This document shows, piece after piece, positions 9,486-20,024 of a DNA stretch of 64,000 nt (positions are counted from its first letter, which is position 1; each line of letters begins with the position of its first letter). The position numbers and the translations under genes were made by a program. The stretch is from positions 3,556 to 67,555 of the forward strand of contig JAQBYC010000006.1 in NCBI GenBank assembly GCA_027623205.1, read 5' to 3'. This DNA is from Pseudomonadota bacterium (GTDB lineage: Bacteria; Pseudomonadota; Alphaproteobacteria; GCA-2731375). The notes beneath the pieces are model-generated. The model searched no databases and was not told the DNA's origin. It saw only the letters and a list, made by a program, of their open reading frames with translations.

Positions 9486-10328
9486 ATGGCCATGACGAAC
9501 AACGGCGAGGATCCAGATATCTTCCGAATTACGCTACTTGGCACCGGCTCACCCCGCCCCAATCTGGATCGGCATCATCCCGCCGCCCTAGTGGAATGGG
9601 GCAGCACCGGGCACATGCTCGTGGACGCCGGGGATGGCGTGGTCAGCCAGTTGCTGGCAGCCGGGGCGCCGCTGGAGCAGATTGACAATATTGCGCTTAC
9701 CCACATGCACTGGGACCATATCCTTGGCTACCCCGCTTTCGTATGGGGCAGTTGGAATGCCGGAAGACTAAAACTGACGGTAACGGGGCCCGCCGGCACC
9801 GCGGACATGCACCATCGGCTGGTTGAGAGCTACTACCGGGAGCAAGCCGAATGGGCCATCGACCTGGGATTTCCACGGTCCGGTTTCGACGACATCAAGG
9901 TTCGTGATGTGCCGGTCGGATGGTCCGAAGACATCGACGGCTGCCGGGTCGAAGCCGGGCCCGTCTACCATCCGCCAATGCACGCACTCGCCTTTCGTTT
10001 TTCGTTTAACGGCCGGTCCCTGGTCGTTACGGGAGATACCGCCATGTGTGACGAACTCATCGAGTTTTGCCAAGGCGCCGACGTACTGCTCATCGATGCT
10101 TGCGCTGCCAAGCCATCGGATGATTTGCCTCCCGCACGGCGGCGGATTATCGAACGCCTGCACGAATTTCATGCCAGCCCGCAGGACTGCATCGATATTG
10201 CCGCAAAGGCCAGAGTTTCAAAGGTTGTGCTGACCCACCATCTGCCGGGGGTAGAGCCGGACTATGATGCCTCCAGATTTTCCGGCGACGTCATTGTCGG
10301 CAATGACCTGGATGTCATCGAAATTTGA
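9486..10328 (+). CDS. MBL fold metallo-hydrolase, resembling RNase Z / ElaC.
   Basis: Carries a THMHWDH motif. A GGGGGAA ribosome-binding site precedes the ATG at 9486. Confidence 0.7.
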   Translation: MAMTNNGEDPDIFRITLLGTGSPRPNLDRHHPAALVEWGSTGHMLVDAGDGVVSQLLAAGAPLEQIDNIALTHMHWDHILGYPAFVWGSWNAGRLKLTVTGPAGTADMHHRLVESYYREQAEWAIDLGFPRSGFDDIKVRDVPVGWSEDIDGCRVEAGPVYHPPMHALAFRFSFNGRSLVVTGDTAMCDELIEFCQGADVLLIDACAAKPSDDLPPARRRIIERLHEFHASPQDCIDIAAKARVSKVVLTHHLPGVEPDYDASRFSGDVIVGNDLDVIEI

Positions 10329-10349
10329 TTGCGGAGGGACCTGACCTGT

Positions 10350-11387
10350 CTAGCTGATGCGGCCATCGGCAACGGCGTGGCAGGCGACGTGGACGCCATT
10401 ATAGACGCGGGCCATCGGCGCCTCGACGCGGCAGCGGTTTTCGGCATGGGGGCAGCGGGGATGGAAGGCGCAGCCCGACGGCGGGTTAATGGGGCTGGGC
10501 ACCTCGCCCGCCACGGGGATGCGCTGGCGGCCACTCATTTCCAAATCCGGAATGGCGTCCAGCAACATCCGCGTATAAGGGTGAAGCGGATGTTCAAACA
10601 AGGTCCTAGTCTCTGCCCATTCCACCAACCGGCCCAGATACATCACCCCCACCTTGGTGGAGACGTGATAGACCACCGCCAGATCATGGCTGATGAATAA
10701 ATACGTCAGGCCCAGACGTTGCTGCAAATCCTGCATCAAGTTCAGAATCTGGGCCTGAACCGAGACATCCAGGGCCGAGGTTGGCTCGTCGCAGACCAGG
10801 AATTCCGGTTCCCCCGCCAGGGCGCGGGCAATGGAAATACGTTGCCGCTGGCCGCCGGAAAATTCGTGCGGATAACGTTCGCCATCGGCGGGCGAAAGAC
10901 CCACCTGGGTTAGCAATTCCCCGACCCGCGCCAAAACTTCCCTCTTGCCCTGCAGCAAACGGCGCGCATGGATCGGTTCGGCGACAATTTCAGCGACCCG
11001 CCAACGGGGGTTAAGCGAGGCGTAGGGATCCTGAAAAATCATCTGCATATGCGGCTGCATGCGCTTGCGCTCCGCCGCTGCTTCGCGTGGCCCAATCTCG
11101 ACCCCTTCATACTGGATCGACCCAGCCGTGGGCTGATACAAGCCCACGATCAGGCGGGCCACGGTGGATTTACCGCAGCCGGACTCACCCACCAGACTGA
11201 AAGTCTCACCCCGGCCAATATCAAAGCTGATGCCATCGACCGCCTTCACATAGGAGCGCTCCAAGCGCTCAAGCACGCGGTTCAGGAAAGGTGCGGAAAC
11301 ATCAAAATGACGCACCAGGCCAGCAACGGACAGCAAAGGAGCGGCGCCCTTGTCGCTTGGATCATTCACCGGCCCTGGCCTCCACAC
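10350..11387 (-). CDS. dppF: Peptide ABC transporter ATP-binding protein of the DppF/OppF type.
   Basis: Walker A box [12 protein letters not shown] signature LSGGQRQR and Walker [13 protein letters not shown]. Confidence 0.8.
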   Translation of the reverse strand: MWRPGPVNDPSDKGAAPLLSVAGLVRHFDVSAPFLNRVLERLERSYVKAVDGISFDIGRGETFSLVGESGCGKSTVARLIVGLYQPTAGSIQYEGVEIGPREAAAERKRMQPHMQMIFQDPYASLNPRWRVAEIVAEPIHARRLLQGKREVLARVGELLTQVGLSPADGERYPHEFSGGQRQRISIARALAGEPEFLVCDEPTSALDVSVQAQILNLMQDLQQRLGLTYLFISHDLAVVYHVSTKVGVMYLGRLVEWAETRTLFEHPLHPYTRMLLDAIPDLEMSGRQRIPVAGEVPSPINPPSGCAFHPRCPHAENRCRVEAPMARVYNGVHVACHAVADGRIS

Positions 11388-12384
11388 CCGTCCTGCCTGT
11401 CTCGTCGAACAGATGACAGGCGACTTGTGATTTCTGTGCGGTTTGCAAATTGGGTCGTTCTACCCGGCAACGATCGGTCGCCTGCTCGCAGCGCGGATTA
11501 AAGGGACAGCCGGCAGGGATCTCCTGCAGTCGGGGCATGGCGCCATCAATCTGGGTCAACTTGTCCACATGGTGGCCAATAAGAGGAATCGATCCCATCA
11601 GGCCATGGGTATAAGGATGTTTGGCCGTGCGGATGACTTCCTGCACCGGCCCGATCTCGGCGATACGGCCAGAATACATCACGGCGACACGGTCCGCCGC
11701 CTCGGCAATCACCCCCATGTCGTGGGTCACCAGCATCACCGCCGTGCCATGTTCGTGGCACAGGCCCTTCAATAGCGAGATGATCTGGGCCTGAATGGAG
11801 ACGTCCAGGGCCGTGGTCGGTTCGTCAGCGATGATCAGGCGTGGTTCGGCGCACAATGCCAGGGCGATGACCACCCGTTGGCGCATACCGCCCGAAAATT
11901 GATGAGGATAATGATCGATCCGTTCCGCCGCGCTGGGGATGCCGACTTCATCCAACAATGCCAGGGCGCGGGCACGGGCCTCCCTGTCGTTCAAGGGCAG
12001 ATGGGTTTGAATGGTTTCAACCAATTGCCGGTTGATGGAATAGAGCGGGTTGAGCGAGGTCAGAGGATCCTGAAAAATAGCGCCGATCTGGCGGCCGCGG
12101 ATGCGGCGAAGTTGTTCATAGGGCAGTTTATCGATGCGCCGGCCTTCCAAGAAAATTTCGCCCCGCGCGATGCGGCCGGGCGGCTCCAACAAGCCGATAA
12201 TGGCGGCGCCGGTCAAAGATTTCCCGGCCCCGGACTCGCCCACCACACCCAGTATTTCGCCCGGCAAAATGTCAAAGGAGATATCATCCACCGCCACCAG
12301 GGTGCCGTGCCGGGTCGGAAATTCAATCCGCAGATTGCGTACCGATAAAAGCGCCTGATCGCTGCTTGATGCGGACATGGCCAT
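11362..12384 (-). CDS. dppD: Peptide ABC transporter ATP-binding protein of the DppD/OppD type.
   Basis: [16 protein letters not shown] and ADEPTTALD motifs. The start was set at MAMSASSSD, giving a 4-nt overlap with the upstream permease gene. Confidence 0.8.
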   Translation of the reverse strand: MAMSASSSDQALLSVRNLRIEFPTRHGTLVAVDDISFDILPGEILGVVGESGAGKSLTGAAIIGLLEPPGRIARGEIFLEGRRIDKLPYEQLRRIRGRQIGAIFQDPLTSLNPLYSINRQLVETIQTHLPLNDREARARALALLDEVGIPSAAERIDHYPHQFSGGMRQRVVIALALCAEPRLIIADEPTTALDVSIQAQIISLLKGLCHEHGTAVMLVTHDMGVIAEAADRVAVMYSGRIAEIGPVQEVIRTAKHPYTHGLMGSIPLIGHHVDKLTQIDGAMPRLQEIPAGCPFNPRCEQATDRCRVERPNLQTAQKSQVACHLFDETGRTGVEARAGE

Positions 12385-12386
12385 GT

Positions 12387-13349
12387 TCAACGCAGCTTGG
12401 GGTTCAAGGCGTCGCGCAACCAATCGCCCAACAGGTTGACCGCCAGGACCAAGATGGCCAACACGGCGCCGGGAAATAGCGCAATCCACCATTCACCGGA
12501 AAATAGGTAATCCTGCCCTACGTTGATCAAGGTGCCCAGGGATGGCTCGGTCGGGGACACGCCAACGCCCAGGAAGCTCAAGGTCGCCTCTGTGATTATG
12601 GCCAGGGCCAGATGGATGGTGGCGATCACCATGACGGGGCCCATCACATTGGGCAGCACATGACGCAGTATGATTAAAATTGCCGGCCGGCCGATCACCC
12701 GGGCAGCCTGGACATATTCCTTGTTCTTCTCCACCAGGGTGGAGCCGCGGACGGTGCGGGCATATTGCACCCAGCCGGAAATGCCGATGGAAAAGACCAG
12801 AACATAAATCGCCAACTCGTCATGGGTCTCGCGCGGCAACAGGCCGCGGGCCACACCGTCCACCAACAGGGCCAGCAGGATCGCAGGAAAGCTAAGCTGG
12901 ATATCGGCAATCCGCATGATAACCGCGTCGACCGTGCCTCCCACGTAGCCAGAGATCAGGCCCAGGCCGACGCCGACGATCAGGGCAAAAACCACCGAGG
13001 CGAAGCCAACCCCGAGGGAAATGCGGGCGCCAAAAATTATGGTTGAAAGTATGCCGCGCCCCTGATCGTCGGTACCCAGCAAAAAGCGCGTGTCCCCATC
13101 GGCCATCCAAGCGGGAGGAATAGAAGCGTTCATCAAATCGATCGTGGCTAGGTCGAAGGGATTATGCGGCGCGACCCAAGAGGCGAACAGCGCCGATAGT
13201 ATAATCACCGCCGTGACCGCCGCGGCCACAATCGTAATGGGAGAGCGTTTAAAGCTGTACCAGATATCGCTGTCCCTGGCCCGTTGCAGAAGATCAATCG
13301 TTCGGCGCCAAAGTGACAGATCCGGAACCTCGCCACCTCGTTCAGCCAT
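12387..13349 (-). CDS. dppC: Peptide ABC transporter permease of the DppC type.
   Basis: Multi-pass hydrophobic protein. Its position follows the dppB-dppC-dppD-dppF order on the minus strand. Confidence 0.75.
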   Translation of the reverse strand: MAERGGEVPDLSLWRRTIDLLQRARDSDIWYSFKRSPITIVAAAVTAVIILSALFASWVAPHNPFDLATIDLMNASIPPAWMADGDTRFLLGTDDQGRGILSTIIFGARISLGVGFASVVFALIVGVGLGLISGYVGGTVDAVIMRIADIQLSFPAILLALLVDGVARGLLPRETHDELAIYVLVFSIGISGWVQYARTVRGSTLVEKNKEYVQAARVIGRPAILIILRHVLPNVMGPVMVIATIHLALAIITEATLSFLGVGVSPTEPSLGTLINVGQDYLFSGEWWIALFPGAVLAILVLAVNLLGDWLRDALNPKLR

Positions 13350-14331
13350 GGCCGCCGCTTCCACCGCCATCAACGCGCAGGCGCGGATCGACGGCGTAGT
13401 ACAACAGATCAACAATCAGGTTGATAACCACGAAAAACAGCGCGATCAGGCACAGATAGGCGGCCATCACCGGGATATCCACATCGGCCACCGCCTCGAT
13501 GAACATCCTACCCATGCCGGGCCATTGAAAGACGCTTTCGGTTATGATGGCAAAGGCGATGACAGAGCCGAGTTGCAGGCCGGTGATGGTAATGACCGGC
13601 ACCAGGGTATTTTTCAGGGCGTGACCGAAATTCACCGCTCGGTTGCTCAGGCCGCGAGCCCGGGCAAACTTAATATAATCCGTGCGCAGTACCTCCAACA
13701 TTTCGGAACGCACCAGACGCATAATCAGGGTCATCTGAAATAGGGCCAGGGTGATCGCGGGCATGATCAAGGCTTTCAGACCAGAGACCGTCAACAGGCC
13801 GGTGGTCCAGGTGCCCAAAGCCACCACCTCGCCCCGGCCAAAGGTCGGCAGCCAGCGCAAAATGACGCCGAACAGCAGGATTAGCATGATGCCGATCAGG
13901 AATGTCGGTAACGATATGCCGATCAGGGAAATGCTCATAAATATCTTGGCTAAAAAGCCGTCACGGCGTAAGCTCGTATAGACCCCCATGGGCACGCCAA
14001 TAAACAGGGCCAATAGAATGGAAATTATCGACAACTCAAGGGTCGCGGGCATCCGCTCCAGCAGCATTGTCTTCACGGGCCGGCGGTGCATGTAGGAATA
14101 GCCGAAATCGCCCTTTGCCGTGTTCACCACATAGCGCCAGTACTGCACCACTACGGAATCGTTCAAACCCAGGGTCTCGCGCAGCTTTTGTCGGTCCTGC
14201 AAGGTGGTATCCTGCCCCACCAGGTTGTTGATGGGATCACCCACGAAACGAAACAGCGCGAATGCGATCAACGCCACGGTCAACATGACCAGCACCGATT
14301 GCAACAAGCGCCGAATGATAAAGGCAAACAT
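13342..14331 (-). CDS. dppB: Peptide ABC transporter permease of the DppB type.
   Basis: 329 aa. The N-terminus MFAFIIRRLLQSVLVMLTVALIAF is typical of DppB/OppB permeases. Confidence 0.8.
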   Translation of the reverse strand: MFAFIIRRLLQSVLVMLTVALIAFALFRFVGDPINNLVGQDTTLQDRQKLRETLGLNDSVVVQYWRYVVNTAKGDFGYSYMHRRPVKTMLLERMPATLELSIISILLALFIGVPMGVYTSLRRDGFLAKIFMSISLIGISLPTFLIGIMLILLFGVILRWLPTFGRGEVVALGTWTTGLLTVSGLKALIMPAITLALFQMTLIMRLVRSEMLEVLRTDYIKFARARGLSNRAVNFGHALKNTLVPVITITGLQLGSVIAFAIITESVFQWPGMGRMFIEAVADVDIPVMAAYLCLIALFFVVINLIVDLLYYAVDPRLRVDGGGSGGHG

Positions 14332-14418
14332 AGGCGGCTAATTCATTTCCAGAAACATCAAAAAAAGCGAAGCGGCCCGGTCCCAAGACCGAGCCGCTCC
14401 CAAGCCAATTCGGTCCGC

Positions 14419-16014
14419 CTACTTAACGACGACGTAGCGCAGATCAAGGACGTTGTCGGGCCGCTGATTGACGGTTACCCGATCTGACACGCCCCATGAC
14501 AGCGGTTGTTGATGCAGGGGAATGTGACCCACTTCATCTTGATGGATCTTGAACACTTCCCTGATCATCGCCGCACGCTTGGCCTGATCGGTTTCCGACT
14601 CAATCATCGGCGCCAGCGCATAAATACGTTCGTTGCAATAGCCACCCAGGTTAAACAGGCCCCGGCCCTTTTCCTTGGTCCGGCAAGCCATCAGAGGCTC
14701 AATCGCCTGATGAGCATCCATGGTGCCCGGCGTCCAGCCCAACAGGTAAAACGAAGTGTCATAGTTGTTCTGGGACAGCACCTTGCCGAAGTATTTCGAC
14801 TTGGTCTGGGCCAGCACCTTTACCTTGACACCAACCCTGGCCAGCATCGCGGCAGCCGCCTGACAAATCTTCTCGTCGTTGACATAGCGGTCGTTGGGGC
14901 AATCCATGGTCAAGGAGAAGCCATTCGGATAACCGGCAGCGGCCAATAATTTTTTGGCCTTGTCCGTATCATAGGCCCAATGCGTGTTCATTTCAGGCAC
15001 GAAGCCGCCGATCTGGGGCGCCACCATCAGGCCGGTCGGGAATGACGCATCCCGCATCACCTTCTTCTTGATGGCTTCAACGTTGATGGCATGGGCAAAG
15101 GCCTCGCGAACCCTAACATCCTTGAACGGGTTCTTGCCTTTAACATCCGAGTACAGCAGTTCGTCCCGGACCTGGTCAAAGCCCAGGAAGATGGTCCTCG
15201 CCTCTGGTCCGGCAAGGGGTTGGACGCCGGGTGCATCCGTCAACCGCTGCCAATCCTGGACCGGCACCGGATAGACCATGTCCAATTCGCCGGACAATAG
15301 GGCCGCGACGCGGGTTGCATCCTGCGAGATCGGCGTAAACGTGGCCTTGGTGACGTTGGAGGCAATATTCCGCCAATATCCATCGAACCGCTTGAGCACG
15401 GTCTTCACACCTGCGGCATGTTCAGTAACCATGAACGGGCCCGTGCCGTTGGCATTCAAGTTGGCAAAATTGCCTTCTTCGCCGCCTTTCAGGTTGGTGG
15501 CGGCCTCTGTCTTGTGGGCAACCGACCATTCCTTATCCATGACATACAGGATCAGTAGGCTGCGCGGGAGGATGGGATTGGGATTGGAGGTGATGATGTC
15601 GAAGGTCAGGTCATCAATTTTCTTGATTTCCTTGATCTTCCGTGCTGGCACCTTCATATCCGAACCTTCGGTCAAGGCGCGCTTCCAGCTAAAGATAAAG
15701 TCATCGGTGGTCAGATCGTTGCCGCTGTGGAATTTCACTCCGGCCCGCAATTTCGCCCGCCAGGTATTGGCATCGGTTTGGGTGAAGGATTCCGCCAGCA
15801 TGGGGACAACGTTCATCTTGTCGTCGTAACCAATCAGCGGTTCGTACAGGTTGCCGTGAAAACCTATGGTAAAGGTCTCGAACAGGCCATGTGGGTCCAG
15901 CGATTGCAGGTTGCCCTGAAATGCCCAGCTGAACTCCTTCGCGCCCGCCGTTGGCGCCGCCATCAACGTGGCCGCTGCCAGCGCGCCGGCAATAGCAGTT
16001 GCTTTCCATTGCAT
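14419..16014 (-). CDS. ABC transporter substrate-binding protein, family 5 (DppA/OppA-like).
   Basis: 531 aa with an N-terminal signal peptide MQWKATAIAGALAAATLMAAPTAGA. It heads the dpp operon. Confidence 0.8.
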   Translation of the reverse strand: MQWKATAIAGALAAATLMAAPTAGAKEFSWAFQGNLQSLDPHGLFETFTIGFHGNLYEPLIGYDDKMNVVPMLAESFTQTDANTWRAKLRAGVKFHSGNDLTTDDFIFSWKRALTEGSDMKVPARKIKEIKKIDDLTFDIITSNPNPILPRSLLILYVMDKEWSVAHKTEAATNLKGGEEGNFANLNANGTGPFMVTEHAAGVKTVLKRFDGYWRNIASNVTKATFTPISQDATRVAALLSGELDMVYPVPVQDWQRLTDAPGVQPLAGPEARTIFLGFDQVRDELLYSDVKGKNPFKDVRVREAFAHAINVEAIKKKVMRDASFPTGLMVAPQIGGFVPEMNTHWAYDTDKAKKLLAAAGYPNGFSLTMDCPNDRYVNDEKICQAAAAMLARVGVKVKVLAQTKSKYFGKVLSQNNYDTSFYLLGWTPGTMDAHQAIEPLMACRTKEKGRGLFNLGGYCNERIYALAPMIESETDQAKRAAMIREVFKIHQDEVGHIPLHQQPLSWGVSDRVTVNQRPDNVLDLRYVVVK

Positions 16015-16157
16015 CTTCTTAAATCTCCCTGTTTTCCGATTTTTTTCCGAGGTAACCGGTAATACCCGGCCCGGTGATTACCTTCAACCGGGCCACACGC
16101 ATGCAACATATTCACAAAACACAGGCTGATACAATCATCTGTTTTGGATGCAACCGG

Positions 16158-17819
16158 CTACCGCGCATCACGGAAACCATTGGTGATGGGGTAGCGCCGG
16201 TCGCGGCCAAAATTTCGCGCCGTGATTTTCACCCCTGGCGGCGCCTGCCGGCGTTTGTACTCGGCCAGATACAGCAAATGCTCTATCCGCCGCACGGTTT
16301 CCGCCTCATGGCCACGGGCCAGAATTGCATCAAAGGCCATTTCCTCTTCCACCAAACATCGCAGTATATCGTCCAGGGCCGCGTAGGGGGGCAGCGAATC
16401 CTCGTCCTTCTGGTCGGGGCGCAACTCGGCCGAAGGCGGCTTGACGATAGTATTTTCAGGAATAACCCGGCCTGCCGGGCCCAAAGCACCTTCGAACGTC
16501 TGCTGATTTCGCCAATGGGCCAGCTCGAAGGCGGTGATCTTGTAGACGTCCTTCAACACGGAAAAGCCGCCGGCCATATCGCCATAGATGGTGGCGTAAC
16601 CCACCGACAATTCCGATTTATTGCCCGTGGTCAGCACCATATGGCCAAACTTGTTGGAGATCGCCATCAAGGCTACACCACGGGCGCGGGATTGTATGTT
16701 TTCCTCGGTCGTATCCGCCTCCCGCCCCTCGAACAACGCCGCCAGCATGGTTTCGTAGGCCGCCACGGCGGGCTCAATTGGCACCTCATCCAGTCGGCAT
16801 TGCAGCAGTGCGGCGCACGCCATGGCATCCGAAAGACTGTGTTCAGAAGAATATTTCGATGGCAGCATCACGCACCAAACCCGATCCGGTCCCAGGGCAT
16901 CCACCGCCACAGCGGCGCTGAGTGCGGAATCAATGCCCCCGGACAGGCCCAGGACCACGCCTGGGAAGCGGTTCTTGTTGACGTAATCACGCAACCCCAA
17001 TGTCATGGCCCGGTAGATCGCGCCCAATCCCTCGTGGGGCGCCATGCGTGGACCTTGTGCGCAGATCCAATTGTCATCCACCCGCTGCCACTCGGTCACG
17101 ACCAAGCCGCTACTGAAGGTGGGCATTTGCAGGGCGAGGGAGCAGTCGCCGTTGACCACGAAACTGCCGCCGTCAAAAACCAGTTCGTCCTGGCCGCCGA
17201 CCTGATTGACATACATTACCGGCAGACCGGTTTCCGTAATTCGCGCAACGACATGGTTCAACCGCACGTCGAACTTTCCGTCCTCGAAGGGCGAGCCATT
17301 CGGCACGATCAATATTTCAGCGCCGGTTTCCACCAGGCATTCGCAAACGTCGGGCGTCCAGATATCCTCGCAGATCGGTAATCCAAGACGAATGCCGCGA
17401 AAATTGACCGGCCCCGGTAACGGTCCGGCGGCGAACACCCGTTTTTCGTCGAACACGCCGTAATTAGGCAGATCATGCTTGTAACGCATCGCGTCGATTT
17501 TACCGCCATCCAACAACAACACCGCGTTGTACAGCAAGCCTTGGTCACGCCACGGTGCGGTGACCAAAAGACCTGGCCCGCCATCAGCCGTTTCCGCCGC
17601 CAAATCCTGTATCGTGGCCGCGATCATAGCCTGAAACGCGCCCTTCAAAACCAGATCTTCAGGCGGGTAGCCACAGAGCACCAATTCGCCAAAGACGACC
17701 AGATCCGCGCCTTGGGCGGCGGCCTCGCTACGCGCCGCGCGCACCAGGTCTGCATTGCCCGCAATATCGCCAACCATCGGGTTGACTTGCGCCACTGCAA
17801 TTTTCAATTCATTCATCAT
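16158..17819 (-). CDS. nadE: Glutamine-dependent NAD+ synthetase.
   Basis: 553 aa. The N-terminal nitrilase-like domain begins IAVAQVNPMVGD. The C-terminal NAD synthetase domain has the GLSGGIDSAL P-loop. Confidence 0.9.
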   Translation of the reverse strand: MMNELKIAVAQVNPMVGDIAGNADLVRAARSEAAAQGADLVVFGELVLCGYPPEDLVLKGAFQAMIAATIQDLAAETADGGPGLLVTAPWRDQGLLYNAVLLLDGGKIDAMRYKHDLPNYGVFDEKRVFAAGPLPGPVNFRGIRLGLPICEDIWTPDVCECLVETGAEILIVPNGSPFEDGKFDVRLNHVVARITETGLPVMYVNQVGGQDELVFDGGSFVVNGDCSLALQMPTFSSGLVVTEWQRVDDNWICAQGPRMAPHEGLGAIYRAMTLGLRDYVNKNRFPGVVLGLSGGIDSALSAAVAVDALGPDRVWCVMLPSKYSSEHSLSDAMACAALLQCRLDEVPIEPAVAAYETMLAALFEGREADTTEENIQSRARGVALMAISNKFGHMVLTTGNKSELSVGYATIYGDMAGGFSVLKDVYKITAFELAHWRNQQTFEGALGPAGRVIPENTIVKPPSAELRPDQKDEDSLPPYAALDDILRCLVEEEMAFDAILARGHEAETVRRIEHLLYLAEYKRRQAPPGVKITARNFGRDRRYPITNGFRDAR

Positions 17820-17930
17820 GGCGGTTGTTTAAGACGAACCGGCGGAATTCTCAACGCCGTATTTGCCCCTGCTCTCCAGTATTGACATCGGGCCGGCCGA
17901 TCCTGACAAACCTGTCCGTGCGAAGAACGC

Positions 17931-19013
17931 TCAGCGGCTAAGAGCGTCGCCTTCGCGCCAAGGTGACAGCTGCCCTGCATAGACCTCTGGACCCTTGCGG
18001 AAATGGGCGGCCTCTTCAAGTGTCTCGACGAATGGCATATTCGCGGGGTAGAGCCGTTTGCCGCGTGGCCGCGCGCCGGCTTTCGAAACATGCCCCCACA
18101 GCGAATGACCGACGACCTCCTCGGCAACCGCCGCGGCGTCGATCAATTTGTCCAGGTTATAGCCCGTCTCGATCCCCAGTTCGTGGCAGAGATTTACGAA
18201 ATCCTCCGTTGGAACATGACCCGCGGCGCGGCCGTTGCCGCAATAAGGGCAACCGCCCATGCCACCCAGCGATGTGTCGAATTCCGTAACGCCCAACTGC
18301 AATGCTTCATAGTAGCTCGCCAGTGTCACGCCGCGGCTGTCGTGCAAGTGCATATGGAAGTCTGTGATCTCCGGCCAACGCTCGCGAATGGCAAGCAGCG
18401 TCTCGCGGACCTCGTGCGGCATATTCCAGCCCATGGCGTCAAAGAAAGAGCATTTTCTGACCTTGAACCCGGCGTCATGCCATTTTTCCATCAACAACTC
18501 CAAAAGCGCCATCCTTTGCGTCAGGGAAAATGGGCCTTCGAAGTTGGAGCCAAAGGGATTACCCAGGCCAACCGCGCCGTATTCCGCGTTCCCGTCCCGC
18601 GCGGCGGCGACAGCGGCATCCAATCCGGCAATCTGCTCGGCTTGTGTGCGGTTGTAGTTACGGCGCGCAAAGGTGTCGCAAAGCTCTACATTGGTGCGGA
18701 ACTGTTTTCCGCGCACGTCGATTTTGGGATAATATTTGTCGGCTCGTTCGAAACCTTTGCGGTTGAATACAGCGGCCGTGTATTTCACATTCGGCTTCGG
18801 CACGAAACGTTCAGCGATCTCGTCAATACAGGCCATCGACGGCGTCCATTTGGGATGGGCAAACGAGCCGATCGAGATGATCTTGGCCCCGGTCTCGCCC
18901 AGCGCATCCAAGAGCCGGAGCTTCTCGTCCACCGTAATGTCGGCGCTTTCGATTTGCAGACCTTCGCGCATCGTGTCATCGGTTATCACCACGGATTTCG
19001 GCAGCTTGTTCAT
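17931..19013 (-). CDS. HMG-CoA-lyase-like DRE-TIM metallolyase of the pyruvate carboxyltransferase fold.
   Basis: 360 aa with the motifs TMREGLQ, HMHLHDSRG and GGMGGCPY. Confidence 0.7.
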   Translation of the reverse strand: MNKLPKSVVITDDTMREGLQIESADITVDEKLRLLDALGETGAKIISIGSFAHPKWTPSMACIDEIAERFVPKPNVKYTAAVFNRKGFERADKYYPKIDVRGKQFRTNVELCDTFARRNYNRTQAEQIAGLDAAVAAARDGNAEYGAVGLGNPFGSNFEGPFSLTQRMALLELLMEKWHDAGFKVRKCSFFDAMGWNMPHEVRETLLAIRERWPEITDFHMHLHDSRGVTLASYYEALQLGVTEFDTSLGGMGGCPYCGNGRAAGHVPTEDFVNLCHELGIETGYNLDKLIDAAAVAEEVVGHSLWGHVSKAGARPRGKRLYPANMPFVETLEEAAHFRKGPEVYAGQLSPWREGDALSR

Positions 19014-19194
19014 GATGAAATTTTTCTCCCAAATCTATGCTTTTGTTTAACAAGTGATCCGTGCCTTGTCGAATGTCCAAATGCCCAACGGTTGCCGTGA
19101 TGTCTTGGTGCGGACCATAGGAATGGCATTGGTCCCACAACGATTAATATAGTATGGGTTGCCAACTGACCAATGTAGGGGATCTGCAAAACGA

Positions 19195-20001
19195 ATGCTT
19201 AAAGCAATAAGAAATCTCCAGGCCATCGTTTTCCTGGCGCTCATCATATTCGCCGGTGACACGGCGGCTCAAGTCCTGCGGCCTGCCCGCGGTGTCTATG
19301 ATCTGAAACTGGACCAGAACCGCAAGAGTCCCGGCATTGATGCCGCGAAAGGCCGCATGCTGGTTGAATTACTGGAAGACTGCGGCGGCTTCATTTTCAA
19401 TCAGGGCTTTATTACCAATATTACAAGTAGCGAAGGAAACGACATTGTTGGCGATATGCAGGCCTCGGTGTGGGAAAGCCGGGACGGACGGGCCATCCGT
19501 TTTAATTTGTTGAACCGGATCAACGGTAAAATTGTTGAACAGGAGCAGGGCCGGGCCGATTTGGATTCCGAGGGCGCGGGCCATGCAGTCTGGCGTCTGC
19601 CCAAAACCCGCGAACTGGCGTTGCCCACCGGGACGCTGTTCCCGATCGGTCACAATCGTATCGTGCTGGAACACGCCCTGCGTGACAGCCGCGGGTTTGA
19701 AATTGCCTTATTCGATGGCAGCTATGACGCTGGCTATTATCTTGCCGCGGTCTTCATCGGCAATAAAACCAACCGAAAGGAAGGCGAAGGTACCAAACTG
19801 TTGGCCAGGGACCTGATCAGTTGGCCTGTGCGCCTGGCCTATTACCATCACGACAGCCCCCTAGGCGTGCCAATGTTCGAAGTCGGCTATACCTTGTACA
19901 GCGACGGCGTGGTCGATGATCTAATACTGGATTACCCTGAGTTCGGCCTCACCGGCCGTCTGGTGGAATTGGAATATTTCGACCGTCCGGAATGCGATTG
20001 A
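19195..20001 (+). CDS. Secreted DUF1849 protein, similar to the EipB cell-envelope-integrity family.
   Basis: Signal peptide MLKAIRNLQAIVFLALIIFAG. The GVYDLKLD...LFDGSYDAGYY...FDRPEC pattern matches my recollection of EipB-family proteins. Confidence 0.5.
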   Translation: MLKAIRNLQAIVFLALIIFAGDTAAQVLRPARGVYDLKLDQNRKSPGIDAAKGRMLVELLEDCGGFIFNQGFITNITSSEGNDIVGDMQASVWESRDGRAIRFNLLNRINGKIVEQEQGRADLDSEGAGHAVWRLPKTRELALPTGTLFPIGHNRIVLEHALRDSRGFEIALFDGSYDAGYYLAAVFIGNKTNRKEGEGTKLLARDLISWPVRLAYYHHDSPLGVPMFEVGYTLYSDGVVDDLILDYPEFGLTGRLVELEYFDRPECD

Positions 20002-20024
20002 ACACCTTGTTTTTGGCGGATCCT